A DNA stretch of 64,000 nucleotides from Patescibacteria group bacterium. GTDB taxonomy: Bacteria > Patescibacteriota > Patescibacteriia > JAHJFT01. Below are positions 1 through 9,120 of this stretch, in pieces. The notes under the pieces were generated by a model. The model made no database searches. It had not been told where the DNA came from and worked only from the letters and a program-made list of their open reading frames with translations. The stretch is taken from positions 88,021 to 152,020 of the forward strand of contig JAQTTB010000001.1 in NCBI GenBank assembly GCA_028710985.1. Direction: 5' to 3'. Numbering within the stretch: position 1 is the stretch's first letter; every line of letters begins with the position of its first letter. The position numbers were made by a program, and so were the translations under genes.

Positions 1-1093
1 AAGGTCCGACCTCGCCCGAGCAGCTGCCCCAGCGACCCATGGCACAGGTCTGGACGCCGCGAGAGCACTCGCCGAGATCCGTTCCGCATGGCTGGGTACG
101 CCCGTCCGTGCATTCGCAGTTCTCGTCGATCGTGCCGTCGCAGTCGTTGTCCAGCGTGTCGCAGGATTCGGAGTCCGGCATGGTGCCGTCGCAGAGTTGC
201 CAGAACCCACCGAGGCAGGTCTGTTCACCCGTGGTGCAGACACCCATGTCTGTACCACACGGCATATGCGAACCATCGACACACCCGCAGTCCTCGTCGA
301 TAGATCCGTCACAGTCGTTGTCGAGCGCGTCGCATGTCTCGGAATCGGCCATCACGCCGGTGCACAGCTGCCAGAAACCGTCGATGCATTCCTGGCTGCC
401 GGTTGAGCAGATGCCGATATTCGAACCGCAGGGCCGTAGATCGCCCTCGCGGCACTCGCAGTCCTCGTCCACGTACCCGTCGCAGTTGTCGTCCAGGCCG
501 TTGCAGATCTCGGCTTCGGGCGCTATCCCGTCGCAGAGACCCCAGAGGCCGTCGTCCTGGCAGCGCTGCACACCAAAGGTGCACACGCCCTCGGACACGC
601 CGCAGGGTCGCTCCTGACCGAGAGCGCATACGCAACCATTGTCCACACTCCCGTCGCAGTTGTCGTCCACGCCGTTGCAGGCTTCCTCCATATCCGGGTT
701 GATGGACTCGCCCACGCCGGGGGTGTCGTTGCAGTCGTGCAATCCGGTGTAACCATCGCCATCCATGTCCAGAAATGGCAAACAGTCGGGGTCATACGCG
801 TCCGGCAGTCCGTCGTCGTCGTTGTCCAGTCCGTCCCAGCACTCGGCCTGCGTTTCCACGCAAGCGCCGGCTTCGTCCACCGCGATGTCGCAGTCGTTGT
901 CCACGCCGTCGCAGGTCTCGACCGCGGGCACACAGTTCGGGTTCACCACATCGGTGTTCCCGTCGGGCAGGATGCCATCGCCGATCACGTCGGCATCGGC
1001 ATCCGCGTTGCCCTTCTCCATCTGGATGCCGCCGCAGTTCACCGTGAACAGGGCAGCAAGACACAAGCACAGGGTCCGATTGTTTCCCAGCAT
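1..1093 (-). CDS. Secreted/lipoprotein-like Cys/Asp-rich repeat protein (MopE-related putative metal-binding motif repeats), 3' end outside the window
   Basis: Absent from the ORF track because it has no stop in the window. Manual translation MLGNNRTLCLCLAALFTVNCGGIQ...ETCDGVDNDCD...ECWDGLDNDDDG; AAGGAGG 5 nt upstream of the ATG. Confidence 0.85.
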   Translation of the reverse strand, partial: MLGNNRTLCLCLAALFTVNCGGIQMEKGNADADADVIGDGILPDGNTDVVNPNCVPAVETCDGVDNDCDIAVDEAGACVETQAECWDGLDNDDDGLPDAYDPDCLPFLDMDGDGYTGLHDCNDTPGVGESINPDMEEACNGVDDNCDGSVDNGCVCALGQERPCGVSEGVCTFGVQRCQDDGLWGLCDGIAPEAEICNGLDDNCDGYVDEDCECREGDLRPCGSNIGICSTGSQECIDGFWQLCTGVMADSETCDALDNDCDGSIDEDCGCVDGSHMPCGTDMGVCTTGEQTCLGGFWQLCDGTMPDSESCDTLDNDCDGTIDENCECTDGRTQPCGTDLGECSRGVQTCAMGRWGSCSGEVGP

Positions 1094-1420
1094 AGCATCC
1101 TCCTTGTGGTTGTTGCTGGCGTTGAAGCACATCCCGCTACGGGATTGATCGCTCGTCACTCTCTCCATCTTCTTCTCCCTTTCTGGAGTTTATTGCCGTT
1201 TCAGAATTTACAAAATAAAAACACTAGAAGTTTATGTGAAACCCTAGTCAGGCCGCAAAGGTTTGTTGTAATGAACAGATCTTTGCCTGATGAACCATTC
1301 CCTCTCCCGTTTTTCCTCCTATTTCCTCCCAAAACGGTTCATCAAGCTCAAATCTGCCTTATTCTAGCCAAAAATTAAGTCTATAGTATTAACGCAAAAC
1401 CTACATTAATTTAACACCCT

Positions 1421-1449
1421 ATTTTAGCGCAAAATGGCCTTTTTGTCAA
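1421..1449 (-). promoter_or_regulatory. sigma70-type promoter TTGACA-17-TAAAAT
   Basis: Near-consensus hexamers, 17-bp spacer, about 330 nt upstream of the ATG at 1093. Confidence 0.7.
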
Positions 1450-1615
1450 GAGGCAGACAGGTGAATTATTTTCGCTAATTTAAGCCAAAATAATTTTATC
1501 AAAATTTTTGAGATTTGAGATTTGATTTTTAAGATAAAAAAGTGCCCGCCAAAGTATTGATTTCTCAATAACTTTGACGGGCCTTGTCGCAGGGGTCCCG
1601 GAGGACCCAGAAAGA

Positions 1616-3061
1616 TCAGTCGAAGTCGCTTCTCCAGTCACAGCCGTTACTACCGTAGTTGCGACCGTGATCGCTTCCGAGCGTAGACTTGGACACCACG
1701 TGTCCATCCGGGTAGGTTATGTCCCACTCCAGGATGGGCGACAGGATGTCGGTGTGCACTCCGCTGTCCCACCGGCAGCCCCACATGGAGCCGTCGGACA
1801 CGAGGCTGTAGAAGAAGTTGATGTTGGTGAAGTCCGCGCTGTATGGCAGGCGGAGCTCGCACGTGAACTCGCTCCGGCCGTCGGTGTACCGGCAGTGATG
1901 TCCTGCCGTATCCGAGAGACCGGTCGAGTCGGAGTAGTAGACTCCCGTGGTTCCGAGTCCGGCCGGCCAGATCGTGCCGGTCGCCACGAAGAGCGTCGTG
2001 CGGTCCGAGGTAGACAGGCGGGCGTGAATGCGGAAGGTGTAGAGGTCGCCGGGCTCCGAGCAATCGGGATCCGACATGTCGGTTGAGCCGTCGCAGTCCT
2101 CGTCCAGTCCGCTGGAGCAGACTTCGGACGAAGGGAAGACCGCGCCTTCGCAGTCTCCCGACCAGTCGCCGCTCTCGCAGTACTCGCGGCCGAACTGGCA
2201 CACGCCGAGGTCGCTCGCGGGTCCGCAGTCGCGGTAATCCCCGCTCTCGCACTCGACGTCGCAGTCCGGATCGCCGTCGCAGTCCGGATCTACGCAGTCG
2301 ATGAGCGTGTCGCCATCGTTGTCCACGTGGTCGTCGCAGTCCTCGGGGTCTGTCTCGCACGCCGGGTCGCCATTGCAGTCCGGGTCTACGCAGTCGATGA
2401 GCGTGTCCCCGTCATTGTCGGCGTGATCGTCGCAGTCCTCGTGGCCGCATTCCAGGTCGCGCGTATCGCAGTCCTGGTCGATGCCGTCCTCGCACACTTC
2501 GGTTGCGCCCGGGTGAACCGACGCGTCGGTATCCAGGCAATCGTCGCCGTCTCCGGATCCGATTGCGCAGTGTCCGTCGCCGTCCGCGTCCACGCATTCG
2601 CACTCCGAGTCTTCGCTGTCCACGTCACCGTCGCAGTCATCATCGCGACCGTTGTCGCAGATTTCATTCGCTCCGGGGTGGACGCTCGCGCGCGAGTCGT
2701 CGCAGTCATCGCCGCCATCGTCCTCGCTGCAGTAACCATCGCCGTCCGCGTCGTCGCACTCGCATTCGAGATCGCGGCCGTCGCAGTTCTGGTCGATCAG
2801 GTCATCGCAGACCTCGGTCGCGCCCGGGTGGATGTCCGCCCGGCTGTCGTTGCAGTCGTCGCCTTCCGGCTTGCGGAAGTGTCCGTCGCCGTCGGCATCG
2901 ATGCAACCACAATCGGGGTCGTCGCAGTCCGCGAGCCCGTCGCCGTCGTTGTCGTAGCCGTCGGTGCAGATCTCCTCGTCCGGACCGTGGCCCGGCTCGA
3001 GCATGATATCCTGGCATCCCATGAGGCAGAGAGCAAGGCACACCGTTATGAGCTTCTTCAT
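1616..3061 (-). CDS. Lipoprotein with many Cys/Asp-rich (MopE-like E-x-C-D/N-x-x-D-x-D-C-D) repeats
   Basis: Start reassigned to MKKLITVCLALCLMGC (lipobox-like) with GGAGGA upstream; repeats such as DCNDSRADIHPGATEVCDDLIDQNCDG. Confidence 0.85.
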   Translation of the reverse strand: MKKLITVCLALCLMGCQDIMLEPGHGPDEEICTDGYDNDGDGLADCDDPDCGCIDADGDGHFRKPEGDDCNDSRADIHPGATEVCDDLIDQNCDGRDLECECDDADGDGYCSEDDGGDDCDDSRASVHPGANEICDNGRDDDCDGDVDSEDSECECVDADGDGHCAIGSGDGDDCLDTDASVHPGATEVCEDGIDQDCDTRDLECGHEDCDDHADNDGDTLIDCVDPDCNGDPACETDPEDCDDHVDNDGDTLIDCVDPDCDGDPDCDVECESGDYRDCGPASDLGVCQFGREYCESGDWSGDCEGAVFPSSEVCSSGLDEDCDGSTDMSDPDCSEPGDLYTFRIHARLSTSDRTTLFVATGTIWPAGLGTTGVYYSDSTGLSDTAGHHCRYTDGRSEFTCELRLPYSADFTNINFFYSLVSDGSMWGCRWDSGVHTDILSPILEWDITYPDGHVVSKSTLGSDHGRNYGSNGCDWRSDFD

Positions 3062-3300
3062 CCTGTCCTCCTTCTCCTCATTGGAGAAAAATGGTTGATT
3101 TCGGTCATGATTTCGGTCGCAAGATATAAAAAATCCCTCCAATTTTTTTAAACCCTGCGACCGAAACCAGATGCTTGTAAAGAACGCTTTCTTAAGAAAA
3201 TCAATCTTGATTTGCTTGAGGAAGCGGGCGGGAGAGCACGAGATGTGCAACTCCCGCCAAGCTATGTTATTGGGTTGAAGGAACGAACAATGAGGTGGGA

Positions 3301-4833
3301 TTAGAAGAAGAGGATAATCTCGACCCCGACGCTGGCCTGCACGATGCCGGTCCAGCCGCGCACCCCCTGGGGTGTAGTCGGCTCGCTCTCGTCCGCGTTG
3401 ATATTGTACTCGTAGTGATCGAGTCCAATACCCAGAGTTCCGCCGAACCGGACGTATCCCGACACCTTTGCCGGTTTGTTAGGGTCCTTTCCGAAGGGCC
3501 ACGACTTACCGACATCGATGCCGATGAGCGCAATATCGTCCTTGCGCTTCGGGTCCGGGTGGTTCCTGAACCAGAGCTCCTCGTACCCGGTTGCGAGGTG
3601 GTCGTACCCTAGGAAGAATCCGAAGATTCCTTTCGTGCCCGGGAATATTTCCACTCGCCCTCCGGCCAGCATGCCGAAGTTCTCGTCCTCGGTCAGTCCT
3701 CCCATGGGCCCCAGGTGGGCCTTGAAGTTGACCGTGACATTCGATCCGCGGATCTGCAGTATGGTCCACTGCACGACCGCGCCGGCGAAGACTTCGCCGT
3801 TGAACGTCACCATGCCGAGGGCATGGAAGCCGGGACCGGAACCGAGGTTCTTGGCCTTTGCCTTCTTGAGCTCCTCGACGTCGCTCTCCACCTTCGCGAG
3901 GCGCTTCTCCAAGTCAGCGATGCGATCTTCGAGATCGTCCAGTCGCTCTTCCACCTTGGCGAGGCGCTTGTCCAGTCCGTCGAGCCGGGCCTTGAGGGCC
4001 TTGACCTCGGCGGCGAGCGCGTCCAGCTCACCCTTGCTCGCCTTGTCAGCAAGCTGGGCCTGAAGATCGTTCACGATCTCCTGGAACCGCGCGCGGAATG
4101 CCGAGAGCTCCTTGCGAAGCATGTCCAGATCCGCCGGGCTCACACTGCACTCGCACGAAGAAGCCGGAGCCGAGTATGAGTAATCGTAGTGTATCTCACT
4201 CTCCTCGACCTTGGCAGCGCAGCACTTGCCCATCAGGGCTTCGAGCCCCTTGAGCGCGGCCGCGAGATCCTCGATGCGGGTGTCCGTATCCCATGCCCAG
4301 GCGTGAAACTGAACCAGGGTGAGACAGCGCCCGTCCATGGAGCCCTCGATGTCGCCCGGGAGTCCCACTCCATTGGGTACCCACCAGCCGTTCTTCTTGC
4401 CGCACTGGCACCGGTCATCGCACCCCTTGTGCTTCACCGGCTTGTCGTCCGCGACCTTGTCCTTCTTGCAGGACGAGTCCTTCTTGCACGCCGGATCGGC
4501 ACAGTCTTTCTTGCCGTCACCATCGTTGTCCACGCCGTCGTCGCAGTCTTCCACGCCCGGCAGTGAGGGCATGCTCGGAATCGGACACATGTCGTAGCAA
4601 GCACCGAGGTACGCAACGCAGGAATCGAGCTTGCTCTCGCATGCCTGCTTGCCGTTCTCGCAGTCCGCCACGCTGCCGTCGATCGACACGCTGGAAGTCG
4701 TGTTGGCGCACAACTTGCACGCGGCTTCGGGCTTCATCATCGGGATGTCCGATTTCTCGGCATCCTTCTGGCTGAAAGCCGGTGACGCGAACATGCACAT
4801 CGCACACCAGAGCACCATCGTGATCTTCTTCAT
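3301..4833 (-). CDS. Secreted protein: Cys-rich N-terminus, coiled coil, C-terminal beta-barrel-like domain
   Basis: Signal peptide; EDCDDGVDNDGDG motif; heptad region LKARLDGLDKRLAKVEERLDDLE; amphipathic strands ending ...VGVEIILFF; SD AAGGAG. Confidence 0.75.
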   Translation of the reverse strand: MKKITMVLWCAMCMFASPAFSQKDAEKSDIPMMKPEAACKLCANTTSSVSIDGSVADCENGKQACESKLDSCVAYLGACYDMCPIPSMPSLPGVEDCDDGVDNDGDGKKDCADPACKKDSSCKKDKVADDKPVKHKGCDDRCQCGKKNGWWVPNGVGLPGDIEGSMDGRCLTLVQFHAWAWDTDTRIEDLAAALKGLEALMGKCCAAKVEESEIHYDYSYSAPASSCECSVSPADLDMLRKELSAFRARFQEIVNDLQAQLADKASKGELDALAAEVKALKARLDGLDKRLAKVEERLDDLEDRIADLEKRLAKVESDVEELKKAKAKNLGSGPGFHALGMVTFNGEVFAGAVVQWTILQIRGSNVTVNFKAHLGPMGGLTEDENFGMLAGGRVEIFPGTKGIFGFFLGYDHLATGYEELWFRNHPDPKRKDDIALIGIDVGKSWPFGKDPNKPAKVSGYVRFGGTLGIGLDHYEYNINADESEPTTPQGVRGWTGIVQASVGVEIILFF

Positions 4834-5079
4834 GGCCTTTCTCCTTGTTTCTTTCTACCCCATCTCTGGGGATTTAGTGTTGTGTCAAAGATCATTTCCG
4901 CGCATATCAAAAATGCACGAGAATCATATTTCCAACACTTTTTTCCGGACAGGCAATGATCAAGTGTTGAGGTTGTTTGGTAAGGATCATGGAGCAAGGA
5001 GGAAATGCTCCAAATCCTTAACCAAACAGCCTCAAAACCCGCCAGACCTGCATGAAACCTATTTCATGAATAACAGGGT

Positions 5080-5108
5080 ATTTTAGCATAAATTTGCTTT
5101 TTTGTCAA
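5080..5108 (-). promoter_or_regulatory. sigma70-type promoter TTGACA-17-TAAAAT
   Basis: Near-consensus hexamers, 17-bp spacer, upstream of CDS 3301-4833. Confidence 0.7.
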
Positions 5109-5232
5109 GGGACGCAAGGCCAAGGCTGAATTTGCACTAGAATATAACGAAAAAAGACTGATGCTCTTTCAGTCTTCTTACCCAAAAAACTATGTTTTGT
5201 CAACCCCTCGACCTTGCTCGGGGCAGGCCTGC

Positions 5233-5859
5233 CTAGTAGCTCTCGGCCCCGAATTGCGGCTTGGCTTTCCAGACCGCGTAGACAAATCCGAGCACCAGGC
5301 CGAACGCAAAGCCCAATCCCGCATTCAGCGGAACATTCGGCTTCACTGGGAATCGGGATGAAAGCGGGTCATCCACGAGTTTTATCTGCACATCGCCGCC
5401 CACGTATTCACTCGATTCAGACGAGAGCGTTGCCGCGACCGCCTGCGCAAGCGCGAGCGACTGATTTTTGTCCGGATGATAAACCGCGATGGTTAAAAGT
5501 CCGGTGCCGCCTTCAACGTTGGAAGAAATCATGTCCGACCATTGCTTGCGGCGCTTTTCGTCATCCTGGTTGAAATAACTTTTATCAATCGCGTAATCCC
5601 CCTCCAGCATCTTGTTGAAAAAGGATGTGGTGTAAATTATTTCCGAAAGATTAATCGCCACCCGTTCCGAAGATTTCACGGCCGTGTACGGATCAAGCCC
5701 GAGCACGCTTTTTTGGATTACTAAAAATCTCACCGTGGTGCTGTACTTCAGTGGTTCAATGAAACTTAACGCCCCGGCAAAAATCATCACCAGGAGCCCG
5801 AATAGAAAAATCTTTTTCCAGTTATATTGAATGAGTTTTAAATAATTTGGACGCATCAT
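5233..5859 (-). CDS. Wzz/CpsC-like polysaccharide chain-length protein
   Basis: Two terminal TM helices, P-x-Y-x-(S/T) after TM1, C-terminal PVKPNVPLN motif. Confidence 0.75.
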   Translation of the reverse strand: MMRPNYLKLIQYNWKKIFLFGLLVMIFAGALSFIEPLKYSTTVRFLVIQKSVLGLDPYTAVKSSERVAINLSEIIYTTSFFNKMLEGDYAIDKSYFNQDDEKRRKQWSDMISSNVEGGTGLLTIAVYHPDKNQSLALAQAVAATLSSESSEYVGGDVQIKLVDDPLSSRFPVKPNVPLNAGLGFAFGLVLGFVYAVWKAKPQFGAESY

Positions 5860-5888
5860 ACATTAATTCAAAATTAAAAATTCAAAAT

Positions 5889-7061
5889 TCAAAATTTTTC
5901 TTCACTCTCACCCAGGGTCACTGATACTATTTCAGTCTTCCCATCTCGCAATATCCCTAAGCTTATTTTATCACCTGGCGCGTATTCAAGCAAAAGATAC
6001 GCGAGCGAACCACGGCTGTTCAAGATTACGTCATTGAGCGATAAAATAATATCGCCCTCCCGAATTCCGGCGGCCTCGGCCGGAGAATCCGCCACAACCG
6101 CCGGCGGCACATCATCCTTGCCCGGCCATACGAGCGCGCCCTCTTTCTGCCCGGCCGTAATCTCGTCGTCAATTCCGGAAATCCTTGCAAGGTCGAGGTA
6201 CCGGACTCCGAGAAGAGGCCGCGTAATCCTTCCCTCCTTCAACATACTCTTCATCGCCGGAGTCAAGAGTTCGAACGAAAGACCAATCCCGCCCTCGGCA
6301 TCCTTGCCCCAAACGAGACCGATGACTTCGGCTTCGTAATTCAAGATCGGCGCGCCGAGCGGCGCGCCTCCCGCCGCAATAAGCAGCCGATTCGCCGGCG
6401 TGTCAGAATTCTGAAGATAAGTCGTTACGCCTGACGGATCATAGAACTTGCTTACGATATTTGATGAAATAAATTCATCCCGCCCGAACACGATCGCGAT
6501 CCGATCGCCGGAATCCATGAATTCTTCATCCGCAATCTGCACAACCGCGAGATTTTGAGCTGTAATTTTTACAAAAGCTGCGCCGGTTGTTTTATCGATC
6601 AGCATGCTGTCCAATGAATAAATGCTGCCTCCGATTTTGGCGAGTGCATTTCCAATTTTGGTATTTTTAAAAATTTCACCCGGCGCGATTAGCCATCCGT
6701 CCGAAGTAAAAACAACGCCATATCCAAGAATGTCGGTATCAAAATAAATTCCATCTTCAACCGCCTTGCCCGATTTCGTGGTATAGAAAACCGCGAGCGC
6801 CGGTATCACCCTCTCTCTGGCATTCTCTACCGCCGATTCAAAAGTCCCGGGCGAAACAAGCCGCGCCGTCGGGCTCGTAACGCGGGCAACCGGCTGCTCT
6901 ACCAGGCTGGAAAAATAATCTGATAAATACCCAAACGCCAAAAGCGCCCCGGCCGCACCTGCCACAATGCCGATTATCGCAAAAAGCGCCGTCCGGAACG
7001 TAAAGTGCCACAAACTCGGCTTTGTCGCCGCGGCTTCAGGTTCTTTTTTGACTTCATCCAT
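5889..7061 (-). CDS. HtrA-like trypsin+PDZ protein, catalytic motifs degenerate
   Basis: N-terminal TM, GVVFTSDGWL, RPLLGV, SPAEAAGIREGDII PDZ; no TNxHV or GNSGG. Confidence 0.8.
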   Translation of the reverse strand: MDEVKKEPEAAATKPSLWHFTFRTALFAIIGIVAGAAGALLAFGYLSDYFSSLVEQPVARVTSPTARLVSPGTFESAVENARERVIPALAVFYTTKSGKAVEDGIYFDTDILGYGVVFTSDGWLIAPGEIFKNTKIGNALAKIGGSIYSLDSMLIDKTTGAAFVKITAQNLAVVQIADEEFMDSGDRIAIVFGRDEFISSNIVSKFYDPSGVTTYLQNSDTPANRLLIAAGGAPLGAPILNYEAEVIGLVWGKDAEGGIGLSFELLTPAMKSMLKEGRITRPLLGVRYLDLARISGIDDEITAGQKEGALVWPGKDDVPPAVVADSPAEAAGIREGDIILSLNDVILNSRGSLAYLLLEYAPGDKISLGILRDGKTEIVSVTLGESEEKF

Positions 7062-7126
7062 ATTTTTATATATTTTAATCTATAACCTACAAGCTACAAG
7101 CTAACTTCCTACAAGCTAATTCCTCG

Positions 7127-7888
7127 TCACGTCCAGCGCGCCGTTACGGCCACCAGGAAAAAAATTAATCCGCCAATAAGCGCGTAACGCTTGACCATTC
7201 GCGCATCAAGCTCATGAGAGAAGTGATAGCGCAGCAGGCCGGCTGTAAAATAATATAGTATGGTAAGCATTGCGCCGGAAACCACGAAAGCGGTCGGCAG
7301 CAGCATCAGGACGTAAAAAAATTCAAAAACCGTGAGCGTCAAAACCAGATTATAGGGCCAGCTTTCCCAAAAATTTACTTTCATAATTCGAAAAAGCTGA
7401 TAATTTAAAATCAGCGTAAGTGCGGCGATAATCGCAAGTAGCAGCGGTTTTGGCGCATGAAGAAAAATGTAAAAACCAAAAAGACTCGCTGAAAAAAGAA
7501 ACACCGAAAGAACAGTAAAGTAAAAACAAAGATTTTCCAACGCCCCCTCCTGATATCTTTTTTCCAGATAACCGTGATAAAAAAGATGCTCGGTGTATAG
7601 AAAGATCAAAAAACCTATCAATGCCGCCGCCACGATCTTGATTATCTGACTTTCAAGAAAAAGATTAAAGGCGAATCCGGACAGAAAAAGAAAAAGCGGA
7701 GTAATCAGATTGTGAAAAAAACTGGCGCTGAACCGCAGGTCGTTAAGTAAAAAAACCGCAGCCGCAATCAATAAACTCAAAAAAACAAGAAGCGGCCAAA
7801 TGAGCACCGGCGCCGCGAGAATAATGAGAAATCCGAAAACCGTGATTGTTCCAAGAATATACGGGCAGAAACGCCGTAATAGTAACAT
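7127..7888 (-). CDS. Multi-pass membrane protein, unknown function
   Basis: About 8 hydrophobic segments. Confidence 0.7.
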   Translation of the reverse strand: MLLLRRFCPYILGTITVFGFLIILAAPVLIWPLLVFLSLLIAAAVFLLNDLRFSASFFHNLITPLFLFLSGFAFNLFLESQIIKIVAAALIGFLIFLYTEHLFYHGYLEKRYQEGALENLCFYFTVLSVFLFSASLFGFYIFLHAPKPLLLAIIAALTLILNYQLFRIMKVNFWESWPYNLVLTLTVFEFFYVLMLLPTAFVVSGAMLTILYYFTAGLLRYHFSHELDARMVKRYALIGGLIFFLVAVTARWT

Positions 7889-7890
7889 AT

Positions 7891-8658
7891 TTATTTTTTG
7901 AAAGTTGTATATTCTATCGTGCCGTACAAAACTATTTTTTCACGAACAAGATCCATGCGCTCCAAATTAACAAAGCCAATGAGCGGTAATTTCAGGGCCT
8001 TAAGAACCGAATCCAGGAATGTGCCGAATATTGCATCCGCGATCCAAACCGGAACTTTCAAATCACCGAACTTTGCGCTCGTTACATTGAGCCGAATGTC
8101 GTTTTCAACCACTTCGGGCACCGCATTTATGGTGATATAGAATGATTTATCACCGCGCTTAATATGGCCGTACAATTCCATCCCGGCAGTTTCAACCGCC
8201 ACCTGCGCTTTCTCCACTGTAAACCCGCTCTGTTCGGCCAATGGAATAATATTTTGCAGGATAAAGGCCGTGATTGCCGATTCCGGAAGCGAAACACTAG
8301 CCGATGACGCTTGCAATTTCCCCGGATATTCAGTCTCCATCAAATTATTAATGTCGCTGCGCATGCTCTCCAAGAAATCAAACTTACGATAATCTTCTTC
8401 CAGCCTTACCTCGTGCACCGGCTCGGGAACATGAAACGCCCAGCTTGAAATAAAGGGTATATCATAAATTCCGGTCTTAGCGACTCCCCATGCCGCGAGA
8501 AAGGCGACCCCTCCGCCCAAAATCAAAAAAATAACCAGGCATGAACAGCAACGGAACATTTTCCGCCGCTTTGCCTCTTTGTGAATATCTACTTCAACCT
8601 GCTTGCGAATTTCTTTTTTTACGTCCTCCGGATCTTGGGCGGTTTCAACGCGCGTCAT
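7891..8658 (-). CDS. Membrane-anchored hypothetical protein
   Basis: CCSC followed by one TM helix; operon-like spacing. Confidence 0.7.
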   Translation of the reverse strand: MTRVETAQDPEDVKKEIRKQVEVDIHKEAKRRKMFRCCSCLVIFLILGGGVAFLAAWGVAKTGIYDIPFISSWAFHVPEPVHEVRLEEDYRKFDFLESMRSDINNLMETEYPGKLQASSASVSLPESAITAFILQNIIPLAEQSGFTVEKAQVAVETAGMELYGHIKRGDKSFYITINAVPEVVENDIRLNVTSAKFGDLKVPVWIADAIFGTFLDSVLKALKLPLIGFVNLERMDLVREKIVLYGTIEYTTFKK

Positions 8659-8673
8659 ATATTATTATCGGAA

Positions 8674-9120
8674 TTATTCGGCTAACCACTGATTTTCTTC
8701 AAGCAATTGTTTAAACATGCCGCGGCCCTCGTCGAGATCCTCCGCGCTCCCGCCGAATCCTTTTTCCAAAAAATTCAGAGCAATCACGAAATCCAGATGC
8801 ATTGACTTTGCCTCTTCCGGCACCGCGAGCTCCAAGGCCGTCACTTTTATTTCCGAAGTCAAACCAAGATACGGCGAACGAACCGTAAGCTTATCCAAAT
8901 CCCCTATTTTGCCTGAATAATCACTGACTAATTCTTTTATCGCTTTGTCATACCGCGCTTTTACAACTTCTCGGCTCAAAGAAGCCGGCACCTCGGTACC
9001 GTTTTCGTCCGCCGAAGGCGCCGGCGACGTCATTGAAACGGCAATAACTAAAATGAGCGCCAGGCTTACGCCCGAAAGAAGCAGCCAAAATGAAAATTTT
9101 GATAAATCAAATTTATGCAT
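8674..9120 (-). CDS. Membrane-anchored hypothetical protein
   Basis: N-terminal TM; overlaps the upstream gene by 8 nt. Confidence 0.65.
   Translation of the reverse strand: MHKFDLSKFSFWLLLSGVSLALILVIAVSMTSPAPSADENGTEVPASLSREVVKARYDKAIKELVSDYSGKIGDLDKLTVRSPYLGLTSEIKVTALELAVPEEAKSMHLDFVIALNFLEKGFGGSAEDLDEGRGMFKQLLEENQWLAE

Noticed and set aside
39-3151. Long + strand and alternative-frame ORFs (e.g. 39-617, 737-1378, 2327-3151)
   Set aside because: Shadows of GC-rich minus-strand Cys/Asp-repeat genes, which have SD sites and signal peptides
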